From Candidatus Eiseniibacteriota bacterium (GTDB taxonomy: Bacteria > Eisenbacteria > RBG-16-71-46 > CAVPCR01), in NCBI GenBank assembly GCA_963702435.1, contig CAVPCR010000004.1, positions 640,001 through 704,000 on the forward strand: a stretch of DNA of 64,000 bases, given 5' to 3'. The notes under the pieces were generated by a model that saw nothing but the letters and a program-made list of their open reading frames with translations, had not been told where the DNA came from and did not search any database. Both the position numbers and the translations under genes were made by a program. Shown here piece after piece: positions 31,179 through 40,410 of this stretch; position 1 is the stretch's first letter, and each line of letters begins with the position of its first letter.

Positions 31179-32432
31179 ATGGACAAGTTCGTGATTCAAG
31201 GCAACACCCGGCTCGCCGGCGAGATCCAGGTGTCCGGATCGAAGAACGCGGTCCTGCCGATGATGGCCGCCACCATCCTGACGAGCGGAACCTGCGTGCT
31301 CCGCCACGTGCCCGTCCTCCGCGACGTCTCGACCATGGCCTGGGTGCTCGGCGTGCTCGGGATCGGCGTCCACCAGGAAGGTGACACCTTGACCCTCGAT
31401 GCCGCCGACTGCGCATCGGTCGAGGCGCCGTACGAGCTCGTGAAGACGATGCGCGCCTCGATCTACGTGCTCGGCCCGCTCCTCGCCCGCTTCGGCCGCG
31501 CTCGCGTCTCGCTCCCCGGCGGCTGCGCCTGGGGACCGCGCCCGGTGAACCTGCATCTCATGGGCCTCGAGGCGCTCGGCGCGCGCGTCGAGATCGAGCA
31601 CGGCTACATCGTGGCGGCAGCCGAGCGGCTCCGCGGCGCCCGCATCCATCTCGACATCGCCTCGGTGGGCGCCACCGCGCAGCTCATGATGGCGGCCGTC
31701 CTCGCCGAGGGCACGACCGTGATCGAGAACGCGGCGCAGGAGCCGGAGCTCCCCGCGCTCGCCGACTACCTGAACGCGCTCGGCGCGCGGGTCGAGGGAG
31801 CGGGCACGGGTACGATCACGATCCACGGCGTCACGGCGCTCCAGCCGGTCGATCATGCCGTGATTCCCGACCGCATCGAGGCCGGCACCTTTCTCATCGC
31901 GGGGGCGATGGCGGGCGAGGAGGTGACCGTGACGCGCCTCGTGCCGGGCCACCTGACCGCGCTTCTCGATCACTTCGAGCGGGCCGGCATCGAGACGGCG
32001 GTCGGACCGGACTGGGTACGGGTCCACGGGAACCCGCGCCCGCGCGCGGCCGACGTGCACACCGACTTCTATCCGGGCTTTCCCACCGACCTGCAGGCGC
32101 AGGTGATGGCGATGGCGGCCTGCGCGCGCGGCACCACGATCATCAGCGAGGGGATCTACAACGATCGCTTCACGCACGTGCCGGAGCTCGTGCGCCTCGG
32201 GGCCCGGATCCAGGTGACCGAGGGCACCGCCACCGTCGAGGGCGTCGAGCGGCTCTCCGGCGCGCAGGTCATGGCCTCCGATCTCCGCGCCTCGGCGGCG
32301 CTCATCCTGGGCGGACTCATCGCGGACGGCGAGACCGTTGTCTCGCGCGTCTACCACATCGATCGCGGCTACGAGTCGATCGAGAAGAAGCTGAACGCGA
32401 TCGGGGCGCGCATCACGCGCGTGCGCGAGTAG
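31179..32432 (+). CDS. murA: UDP-N-acetylglucosamine 1-carboxyvinyltransferase
   Basis: SGSKNA, MRASI, LPGGCAWGPRP, PDRIEAGT, PGFPTDLQ, DLRASA, HIDRGY. Confidence 0.97.
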   Translation: MDKFVIQGNTRLAGEIQVSGSKNAVLPMMAATILTSGTCVLRHVPVLRDVSTMAWVLGVLGIGVHQEGDTLTLDAADCASVEAPYELVKTMRASIYVLGPLLARFGRARVSLPGGCAWGPRPVNLHLMGLEALGARVEIEHGYIVAAAERLRGARIHLDIASVGATAQLMMAAVLAEGTTVIENAAQEPELPALADYLNALGARVEGAGTGTITIHGVTALQPVDHAVIPDRIEAGTFLIAGAMAGEEVTVTRLVPGHLTALLDHFERAGIETAVGPDWVRVHGNPRPRAADVHTDFYPGFPTDLQAQVMAMAACARGTTIISEGIYNDRFTHVPELVRLGARIQVTEGTATVEGVERLSGAQVMASDLRASAALILGGLIADGETVVSRVYHIDRGYESIEKKLNAIGARITRVRE

Positions 32433-32460
32433 GGCTGGCGGCGGCGGGCGACGGCGAGAC

Positions 32461-33024
32461 ATGAGCGCGCGTCCACTCCTGGTCGGGCTGATCGCCGACA
32501 CGCACGGCCTCCTGCGCCCGGAGGCGGTGGCCGCGCTCGCCGGGTCGGACCTGATCCTCCATGCGGGGGACATCGGCGGGCCGGAGGTGCTCGCCGCGCT
32601 GGCCGCGATCGCCCCGGTCCATGCCGTGCGCGGCAACGACGATCACGGCCCCTGGGCGGCGCTGCTCCCGGCGGCCGACGTGATCGCGGCCGACGGCCCG
32701 TCAGGCGCCGTCTCCATCTACCTCCTCCACGACGTGCACGACCTCGATCTGGATCCGCGCGCCGCCGGCTTCGCCGCCGTCGTCTCCGGGCACTCCCACC
32801 GCCCATCCATCGCCGAGAAGGACGGCGTCCTCTTCGTGAACCCCGGGAGCGCCGGCCCGCGCCGCTTCACGCTCCCGGTCGCGGTCGCGCGGCTCACGAT
32901 CGGGGCGGGCGGTGCCGCGGCACGCGGCACGACGGCCCGCGACGCCACGGCACGCGGCACGACGGCCCGCGACGCCACGGCCGCCGCCCCGCTCCGCGCC
33001 GAGATCCTCACGCTCGCCGTGTAG
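32461..33024 (+). CDS. YfcE-family metallophosphoesterase
   Basis: ADTHG, HAGD, RGND, GHSH, NPGS. Confidence 0.9.
   Translation: MSARPLLVGLIADTHGLLRPEAVAALAGSDLILHAGDIGGPEVLAALAAIAPVHAVRGNDDHGPWAALLPAADVIAADGPSGAVSIYLLHDVHDLDLDPRAAGFAAVVSGHSHRPSIAEKDGVLFVNPGSAGPRRFTLPVAVARLTIGAGGAAARGTTARDATARGTTARDATAAAPLRAEILTLAV
32921..32980 (+). repeat. In-frame perfect 30-bp tandem duplication (ARGTTARDAT x2)
   Basis: CACGCGGCACGACGGCCCGCGACGCCACGG twice. Confidence 0.9.
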
Positions 33025-33053
33025 CCCGCCCCGGATCTGCGCTCGACTCCTGG

Positions 33054-33097
33054 AGGGATGGCGCTTCGACGGCGGCGTCACCTGGGACATGAACCGC
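33054..33097 (+). pseudogene. 44-bp remnant homologous to 37004-37047 of the 36853..37971 gene
   Basis: Encodes GWRFDGGVTWDMNR; 41 of 44 nt match. Confidence 0.8.
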
Positions 33098-33173
33098 CCC
33101 ACCCGCAGCCCTGACCTTGGCGGGCGGGGGAGGCGGCGGCGTTGGCCGCGGCGCCATGCCGGCCCGGCCCGCC

Positions 33174-33241
33174 GGGCGCCCTGCCGCGCAGGGCGCCCCG
33201 CCGCGCAGGGCGCCCTGCCCCGCAGGGCGCCCGGCCCCGCA
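33174..33241. repeat. 17-bp tandem repeat x4 (GGGCGCCCTGCCGCGCA-like)
   Basis: Units start at 33174, 33191, 33208 and 33225; junctions form the palindrome GCAGGGCGCCCTGC. Confidence 0.85.
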
Positions 33242-33444
33242 GGGCCGAGGGGCTCCCCCCGCGTGGGCGCCAAGGGCGGGAGGAGGAGGCTCATTTGTGA
33301 TGGAGCTTTTGGCTGCAGGCCGCTAAACTTGTGGGGCTAGTCTGCACCCTTCAAGCCCCCACCCCGGATGCCCGGAGCACGCCCGGGCGACTCGGCCACT
33401 GTCACCAGTCGAGTGGAAGCCCGCACCGAGAGGAATTGGAAGAC

Positions 33445-35913
33445 ATGCAAACCGCGCTTGGACGCACGATCACGCTCTGCACTATCAGTCTCGTTGCCGG
33501 GCTCGGGCTGGCAGCGAGTGCCCTGGCCGCCGAGGCCCCCCGCACCATCGACGACGTCCATGCCCTCGCCCGCCGGGGCGAGGCGGCCAACGTGAGGACG
33601 ATCGAGGTTCCGGGCACGTCCACCGTGCTCGCCACCTGGGATGCACTGAGCGGCAGCGCCCTGGTCCCCCACTTCGGGATCAGCCTCGACGGGCAGTCCC
33701 TGGTGCGGATCGCCGAGCCCGTGTACGAGATCGGGCTCCGCTACGCCCGGTTCGATCCGCTGGTGAACGTGCCTGCCGTCGACGCCGGACTCGCCGCTCG
33801 CGACGGGAATCAGCTCTTCCTGGTCCAGTTCGTCACCCAGCCTCTCCCGGTCTTCGACCGCCAGATCGCCGAGCGCGGCGGCGTCGTGCGCCACTACGTG
33901 GCCAACTACGCCTACCTGGTTGAAGCGGATTCCAAGGAGATCGCGGAGATCGCCTCGCTTCCCTATGTGCGCTGGATCGGTCCCTACCATGCGGCCTACC
34001 GTCTCGAGGAATTCCTCATCGAGAACCTGGATCGCGCAGAGCTCCTCCCGAGCCTGACGTACAACATCATGGTCCTGGCCGAGGAGCAGAAGGCGGCCGT
34101 GGCCGCCCGCATCGAGTCCACGGGCGGCAGGGTGCGGCGGGCCGACGCCGGCAAGCTCCTCGTCGAGGCGGTGCTCACCCCGTCCGAGCTCCGCGCGGTG
34201 TCCGGCTGGAACGAGGTGCTGTTCATCGACCGCTGGGGGCCGTACGAGGCCGACATGGACATCGCCCGCCAGATCGGCGGCGCCAACTTCATCGAGAGCG
34301 TCGCCGGCTATGCCGGCCAGGGGGTGCGCGCCGAGGTCTTCGACGCGGGGTTCAATCTCGGCCACCTGGACTTCCAGTCGCGCCCGCTCATCACCCATGG
34401 CACGGTGAACACGGACTCGCACGGCGCCTCGACCTCCGGCATCAGCTTCGGCGATGGCACCGGGAATCCGGCCGGCCGCGGCATGATGCCGGCGTCGCAG
34501 GGGATCGTCGCCGACTACGACTTCTTCGGCCTGTCGGGCACCAACCGCTACCAGGGTGCGCTCCAGCTCCTGGCTCCGCCCTATGAGGCCGTGTACCAGA
34601 CGTCGAGCGTCGGCAGCCCGCGCACGCGCACATACGACACGATCTCGGCCGAGCAGGACCAGATGCTCTTCGATGTGGACATCATCTTCTGCCAGTCGCA
34701 GAGCAACGCCGGGAATCAGGATTCGCGGCCGCAGGCGTGGGCCAAGAACGCGGTCTCCGGCGGCGGGGTCTACCATCGCAACACCCTGACCAAGGCCGAC
34801 GACTGCTGGTGCAACGGCGCGAGCATCGGCCCCGCAACGGACGGGCGGATCAAGCCGACGCTGACCCACTTCTACGACCTGATCTTCTCGCCCGGCTGCT
34901 GCGCCAACAACTCCTACACGCAATTCAGCGGGACGAGCGGGGCGACCCCGATCATCTGCGGCCACTTCGGCCTCTTCTACCAGATGTGGGCGGACGGGAT
35001 CTTCGGCAACACGATCCTGGGCGAGATCGGCGTCTTCGGGAACCGGTCCCACGCCAGCACCGCCCGGGCGATGATGATCAACACGGCCGACCAGTACGAC
35101 TGGACGGTGCCGGGCAACACCGATCTCACGCGCTTCCGGCAGGGCTGGGGCATGCCCAACGTGCGGAACATGTACGAGATCCGGGACAATGTCTTCGTCA
35201 TCGACGAGAGCCGCGTCCTCGCGCCGCTCGAGGTGGCGACCTACCAGGTGCCGGTGGCGGCGGGCCGGCCGGCGTTCAAGGCCACCATGGTCTATGCCGA
35301 TCGCCCCGGGAACCCGGCCGTGCAGACGCAGCACCGCGTCAACGACCTCGATCTCAAGGTGATCTCGCCCTCGGGGACGATCTACTCCGGGAACGGCGGA
35401 CTCGTGACCTCGCTGTGGTCGGCTCCCAACACCGCTCCCGACACCAAGAACACCGAGGAGAACGTCTTCGTCCAGAACCCGGAGGCCGGGCTGTGGACGA
35501 TCGAGGTCCGCGCCACCGAGGTCATCCAGGACGGCCACGTGGAGACCCCGGAGATCGACGCGGACTTCGCCCTGGTGGTGACGCCGATCGAGCGCGAGAG
35601 CGCCGGGATCGAGTCGGCGGATGCGGGCGGTCGGCCCCAGCTCCGGCTCGCCGTCCTCGGCATGGGCGCCGGCGTGCCGGCGGCACGGATGTCCTTCGAG
35701 CTTCCGGAGGCGACGCAGGTCGAGCTTCGGGTGTTCGACGTGAGCGGGCGGCTCGTGGCCTCGGTCTACGAGGGGCCGCTCGCGGCAGGGCAGCACACGC
35801 TCGAGTGGACGGGAGTGGATGCGAACGGCCAGGGCGTGAGCGCCGGGCTCTACTTCGCCCAGGTGGTGGCCGGCGAGCGCACGGCCAGCGCCAAGGTCCT
35901 CGTGCTTCCCTAG
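33445..35913 (+). CDS. Secreted S8 (subtilisin-like) serine protease with propeptide and FlgD-Ig/T9SS-type C-terminal domain
   Basis: Signal peptide; triad motifs EVFDAG, SHGASTSG, SGTSGATP; GPATDGRIKP; VNDLDL; VFDVSGR...W.G.D...AGLYF. Confidence 0.9.
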   Translation: MQTALGRTITLCTISLVAGLGLAASALAAEAPRTIDDVHALARRGEAANVRTIEVPGTSTVLATWDALSGSALVPHFGISLDGQSLVRIAEPVYEIGLRYARFDPLVNVPAVDAGLAARDGNQLFLVQFVTQPLPVFDRQIAERGGVVRHYVANYAYLVEADSKEIAEIASLPYVRWIGPYHAAYRLEEFLIENLDRAELLPSLTYNIMVLAEEQKAAVAARIESTGGRVRRADAGKLLVEAVLTPSELRAVSGWNEVLFIDRWGPYEADMDIARQIGGANFIESVAGYAGQGVRAEVFDAGFNLGHLDFQSRPLITHGTVNTDSHGASTSGISFGDGTGNPAGRGMMPASQGIVADYDFFGLSGTNRYQGALQLLAPPYEAVYQTSSVGSPRTRTYDTISAEQDQMLFDVDIIFCQSQSNAGNQDSRPQAWAKNAVSGGGVYHRNTLTKADDCWCNGASIGPATDGRIKPTLTHFYDLIFSPGCCANNSYTQFSGTSGATPIICGHFGLFYQMWADGIFGNTILGEIGVFGNRSHASTARAMMINTADQYDWTVPGNTDLTRFRQGWGMPNVRNMYEIRDNVFVIDESRVLAPLEVATYQVPVAAGRPAFKATMVYADRPGNPAVQTQHRVNDLDLKVISPSGTIYSGNGGLVTSLWSAPNTAPDTKNTEENVFVQNPEAGLWTIEVRATEVIQDGHVETPEIDADFALVVTPIERESAGIESADAGGRPQLRLAVLGMGAGVPAARMSFELPEATQVELRVFDVSGRLVASVYEGPLAAGQHTLEWTGVDANGQGVSAGLYFAQVVAGERTASAKVLVLP

Positions 35914-35946
35914 CTGAGAACCGCACCGATTCATCCGTCGGATGAC

Positions 35947-35988
35947 GCAGCGCCGCGTGGCCGGCCAGGCCACGCGGCGCTGCTGTTT
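35947..35988 (+). terminator. Perfect 16-bp-stem hairpin, probable terminator
   Basis: GCAGCGCCGCGTGGCC-GGCCA-GGCCACGCGGCGCTGC then TGTTT (weak U tract). Confidence 0.6.
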
Positions 35989-36366
35989 GCGGGCTCGGCG
36001 TCCGCGACGACCGGGCCGGGCGCCACCAAGCGGGACTCGGCGGGCGGGATGCCCGGTGGAGGCTCGCAAGCGGATCCGGATCTCCGGCGTGCTGCGCCAG
36101 TCGCTCTACGCGAATGCGGTTGCCAGGCGGGCGCAGGAACGCGGGCTCTGCCCGGCCGCCCGGCGGATCCCGCTGCCGGGGCTCGCGTATCCGGAGAGCC
36201 AGCTCGGTATCCCGCTGCTCCTGCGCGATGATCTGGTCGCCGCGGTGTCAAGCGAGGAGTATGATGCGAGCGACCCAGTAGGATCGATCCCTCGCCTGCC
36301 GAGCGATACACCCCATCCAACCGCCCGACGACGAGTCCGGAACGCCACAGGTCCAAGGAGGATGCC

Positions 36367-36831
36367 ATGGACTACCCGGCCACCGGCGTCGCCCGCGTTC
36401 AACCCACCATTCGAGCGTGCTACTCGGCACCCCGCTTCGTGGGCTCGTCGAGAAGAGCGACTCTCGCCTTCGGTGTTCTCATCCTGATTCTTCTGGGCTC
36501 GCCCGATTCACCAGCGGACGCTGCACCGCTTTCCGCAGGATTGGGAGTCGGGGCTCGACGGCTGGCAGATCGAGAACGGCGGGTGGGAAGTCGGCGCGCC
36601 CACCTTCGGGCCCTCGGGGCCGCACGGTGGATCCAGCTGCGCGGGAGCGGAGTTGATGTGGCGGGTCGCGTCGTGCGCGAACTGGTCGGCGCCACACTGC
36701 CGGCCGGCGTCCATAGCGCGGAGTGGGACGGGGCGGACATGCGTGGCCATCGGGTTGCCTCGCGTGTTTACTTCTACCGACTGGAGGCCGGGGGGAAGGC
36801 CTTGACGCGGAGTCTCGCGGTGGTCGAGTGA
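36367..36831 (+). pseudogene. Decayed secreted-protein gene: signal peptide, frameshifted N-terminal fragment, half of a FlgD-Ig C-terminal domain
   Basis: AAGGAGG RBS; LAFGVLILILLG; alternative frame FPQDWESGLDGWQIENGGWEVGAPTFGPSGPHGGSSCAG; then DVAGRVVRELV...WDGAD...VYFYRL. Confidence 0.7.
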
Positions 36832-36852
36832 GCATGAGGGAGGCAAGGGGCC

Positions 36853-37971
36853 ATGATCTTCCTGCAACGCATGCTGCATGCGTCGGCGATCATCCTGTTC
36901 TCGAGTGCGGCCGTCGTGGCAGCCGAACCAGTCGTGCTGCGCACCCAAGTGGTCATGGATCAACAGGGCTTCGGGGAGGAAGCGTTTAGACTCCTCGTGC
37001 CGAAGGGTTGGCGTTTCGACGGCGGGGTCACCTGGGACATGAACCGCTTTCCGGCGGAGGCGTTCACCAGCTACACAGTGACCAGCCCCGACGGCGCCGC
37101 CGTGTTCGAGCAGTTCCCGCACGCGAGCCTGTTCTGGGCGGAGGATCAGATGCTGCAGTACAGCTACTCCCAGAACGGCTTTGCGGTCGCGCAGCCGGTG
37201 AGCGCGGAGCAGGCGTTGCGCGAGTTCTATCTGGGGAACTACCGCCCCGAGGCAGCGGGCGCCGAGATCCTCGAGACCCAGTCGCTGCCGGAACTGGCAC
37301 AGCAAGTTGCGCAGTGGCAGCAGATGCTCATGCGAGTCTTCAGCAGCATCTCGCCGCCGCAGTTCCAGTACGAGATCCGCACCGATGGCGCCCGTGCGAA
37401 GTTCAGCTACACGGTAGCGGACAAGCCGATGATCGAGGACGTTACAGTCGTCATCGTCTACTTCATCGCCTACATGCCGAGCATGTACGGAACCGTGCCG
37501 GCGACCACCTGGATGGCGGCGCCGACCAGCTTCCGGGCACCGGCCGCGGAGATGGACCAGCGGCTCGAGACCTTCCGGGCGATCGCGGCTTCGCGCCTCG
37601 ACAATGCGGTGTGGCACGAGCACATCATGAAGCTCGCCGCGGTCATCACGCGCGAGCAGCTGCGCCAGCAGCAGGCCATCTTCGACCGGCTGAACCAGAT
37701 CCGGCAAACGCAGTCCGAGACGAGCGACATGCTGTTCGAGTCCTGGCAGAAGCGCAGCGCGGCGTATGACCGCATCTTCGACAACTACAGCCAATCCCTG
37801 CGCGGGGTCGAGACGTACTCGGACCCCGTCTCCTCGCGGCAGGTGGAGTTGCCCACGGGGTATCGGCATGCGTGGAGCAACGGCTCCGACTACGTGCTCA
37901 GCGACGATGCCGGCTTCAACCCCAACAGCGGGTCGAGCCAGACCTGGACGGAGATTCATCCGCAGCCCTAG
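36853..37971 (+). CDS. Secreted hypothetical protein
   Basis: GAGGGAGG RBS-like sequence, signal-like N-terminus, Gln-rich helical segment, C-terminal YSDP...VELP..Y..AW...FNPN. Confidence 0.8.
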   Translation: MIFLQRMLHASAIILFSSAAVVAAEPVVLRTQVVMDQQGFGEEAFRLLVPKGWRFDGGVTWDMNRFPAEAFTSYTVTSPDGAAVFEQFPHASLFWAEDQMLQYSYSQNGFAVAQPVSAEQALREFYLGNYRPEAAGAEILETQSLPELAQQVAQWQQMLMRVFSSISPPQFQYEIRTDGARAKFSYTVADKPMIEDVTVVIVYFIAYMPSMYGTVPATTWMAAPTSFRAPAAEMDQRLETFRAIAASRLDNAVWHEHIMKLAAVITREQLRQQQAIFDRLNQIRQTQSETSDMLFESWQKRSAAYDRIFDNYSQSLRGVETYSDPVSSRQVELPTGYRHAWSNGSDYVLSDDAGFNPNSGSSQTWTEIHPQP

Positions 37972-38001
37972 CTGAGCGGGCTGATGCTAAACTGGCCGGC
38001 T

Positions 38002-40401
38002 ATGGCTTTCTCCCCCGGCACCCGTCTCGGCACCTACGAGATCACCGGCGCGCTCGGCGCCGGGGGCATGGGCGAGGTCTATCGGGCGCGCGACACCCGC
38101 CTCGGCCGCGAGGTGGCGATCAAGGTGCTCCCCGGAGCGGTGACCTCCTCCGCCGATCGGCTCGCCCGCTTCGAGCGCGAGGCGCGGACGGTCGCCGGGC
38201 TCAACCATCCGAACATCGTCACCCTCTTCGCGGTCGAGGAGGAGGACGGGATCCGTTTCTTGACGATGGAGCTGGTCGAGGGCCAGAGCCTCGACCGCCA
38301 CGTCGTGCCGGGCGGGCTCGCGCTCGCCCGCGTGCTCGAGATCGCGATCCCGCTCGCCAGCGCGCTCATCGCCGCGCACGAGCGCGGCGTTGTCCACCGC
38401 GACCTGAAGCCCGGCAACGTGATGGTGACGCCCGACGGCTGGGTGAAGGTCCTCGACTTCGGGCTGGCGAAGGTCGCCCTGGGGGCGGGCGAGGATCTGG
38501 CCCCCGGGGCGACGATCGCGGCGGGGGCACCCATCTCGGGCGAAGGACAGGTGCTCGGCACGGTGCCCTACATGGCGCCCGAGCAGATTCGCGGCGAGGC
38601 GGTGGATGCGCGCAGCGATCTCTTCGCGCTCGGGATCATCCTCTACGAGCTGGCGACGGGGAGACGGCCATTCACCGGCGTGACCCCGGCCGACGTGAGC
38701 TCGTCCATCCTGAGCGACGTGCCGGTTCCGGTCCTGAACGTTCGCGGAGATCTTCCTCGCGACCTCAATCGAATCATCACGCGGTGCCTCGAGAAGAACC
38801 CGCGCGATCGTTTCCAGACGGCACGCGATGTCTACAACGAGCTCCGGTACGTGAAGCGGGAAATCGAGAGCGGCACGGGCGTCGGGGTGTCGCCACCGAC
38901 GCCGTCGCCGCCGCCGCCGCCACTGACGCCCGTGCCGCCACCAGACCTGCCGACGCCGGCATCTTCTTCCGCACTCGCTTCCCGGGCGGCGCCCGCGAGC
39001 GAGGTTCCCTCGATCGCCGTGCTGCCGTTCGTGAACCGGAGCCGCGACGAAGAGGACGAGTACTTCTCCGACGGCCTCGCCGACGAGCTTCTCAACATGC
39101 TGGCCAAGATCCGCGGCCTGCGCGTGGCGGCGCGCGCATCGTCCTTCCAGTTCAAGGGCAAGAACGAGGACCTCGCGGTGATCGGCGAGAAGCTGAACGT
39201 GGCGACCCTCCTCGACGGCAGCGTGCGCAAGTCGGGGAACCGGGTCCGCATCTCGGTGCAGCTCGTGAAGGCGGCCGACCGCGTACAGCTCTGGTCGGAG
39301 ACGTACGACCGATCGCTCGACGATATCTTCGCCGTGCAGGATGACATCGCGCAGTCGGTGGTGAAGGAACTCCGCACGACGCTCCTCGGCGCGGCGCCGG
39401 ACTCGGATGCCAGCGGGAAGGTCGAGGCCGAGGTCGCCGTCGCGGCGAAGGGGCACGGGCAGAACGCCGAGGCGCATCGCCTCTACCTCCAGGGGAAGTA
39501 CTTCCTCGACCGGCTGACCGAGGAAGACACGATCAAGGGGATGCACTACCTGCAGGAAGCGGTGGCGCTCGACGCCGCCCATGCCGCGGCCTGGGCGGAG
39601 ATCTCGCGGGCGCATGGCAACTCGGGGGGCTACGGCTGGGCTCCGGTCCTCGCCGCCTATCGGAGGGCGCGGGAGGCTGCACAGCACGCGCTCGAGCTGG
39701 CGCCCGACCTGGCCGAGGCACACGTGCAGATGTCCGCCATCCAGAGGATGCACGACCTCGACTGGAAGGGAGCCGAGAGGTCCGCTCGCCGCGCGCTCGA
39801 GCTCGCGCCGGGGAGCGCCGAGGTTCTCCGCTCGGCGGGCGCGCTCGCCCACATGCTCGGCCGGCTCGCGGAGGCGGAGGGGCTCTTCCGCCGGGCCCTG
39901 GAGCAGGATCCGCTCAACTCGGGCGGATACAGCGCGCTCGGGCTCGTCTACCGCTCGATGGACCGGCTGGCGGATGCCGAGAAGGCACTCCGCAAATCAA
40001 TCGAGCTGTCGCCGCAGCGGGTTGCGAGCCATCTGAATCTGGCGGTGGTCCTCGCCGATCAGGGACGAGATCCCGACGCCCTGGCCGCTTGCAGGATGGA
40101 GCCCGCCGAGTGGGCGCGTCTCACCGCTCTCGCTTACGTGCACCACAAGGCGGGTCGCAAGCAGGAAGCAGATACGGCGCTCGCAGAGCTCGAAGCGAGT
40201 CATGCGATCGACTCGGCCTACCAGATCGCGGCGGTTCACTCGGCCCGCGGCGAGGTGGACGCCGGCTTCGCCTGGCTGGACCGGGCGGTCGCGGAGCGCG
40301 ACGCCGGAGCGGCCCAGATGAAGTCCGAGCCGACCTTCCGTTCGCTCCACGGCGACCCACGCTGGGGCGCGCTCCTTGTGAAGATCGGGCTCGCGGACTG
40401 A
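38002..40401 (+). CDS. Hanks-type Ser/Thr protein kinase with TolB-like domain and TPR repeats
   Basis: [30 protein letters not shown]; Pro-rich linker; [18 protein letters not shown]; TPRs. Confidence 0.93.
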   Translation: MAFSPGTRLGTYEITGALGAGGMGEVYRARDTRLGREVAIKVLPGAVTSSADRLARFEREARTVAGLNHPNIVTLFAVEEEDGIRFLTMELVEGQSLDRHVVPGGLALARVLEIAIPLASALIAAHERGVVHRDLKPGNVMVTPDGWVKVLDFGLAKVALGAGEDLAPGATIAAGAPISGEGQVLGTVPYMAPEQIRGEAVDARSDLFALGIILYELATGRRPFTGVTPADVSSSILSDVPVPVLNVRGDLPRDLNRIITRCLEKNPRDRFQTARDVYNELRYVKREIESGTGVGVSPPTPSPPPPPLTPVPPPDLPTPASSSALASRAAPASEVPSIAVLPFVNRSRDEEDEYFSDGLADELLNMLAKIRGLRVAARASSFQFKGKNEDLAVIGEKLNVATLLDGSVRKSGNRVRISVQLVKAADRVQLWSETYDRSLDDIFAVQDDIAQSVVKELRTTLLGAAPDSDASGKVEAEVAVAAKGHGQNAEAHRLYLQGKYFLDRLTEEDTIKGMHYLQEAVALDAAHAAAWAEISRAHGNSGGYGWAPVLAAYRRAREAAQHALELAPDLAEAHVQMSAIQRMHDLDWKGAERSARRALELAPGSAEVLRSAGALAHMLGRLAEAEGLFRRALEQDPLNSGGYSALGLVYRSMDRLADAEKALRKSIELSPQRVASHLNLAVVLADQGRDPDALAACRMEPAEWARLTALAYVHHKAGRKQEADTALAELEASHAIDSAYQIAAVHSARGEVDAGFAWLDRAVAERDAGAAQMKSEPTFRSLHGDPRWGALLVKIGLAD

Positions 40402-40410
40402 GGCGACGAC

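Noticed and set aside
35942..36360. Possible gene or remnant after the protease terminator
   Set aside because: Partly coding-like text, but no credible start, RBS or recognisable motif.
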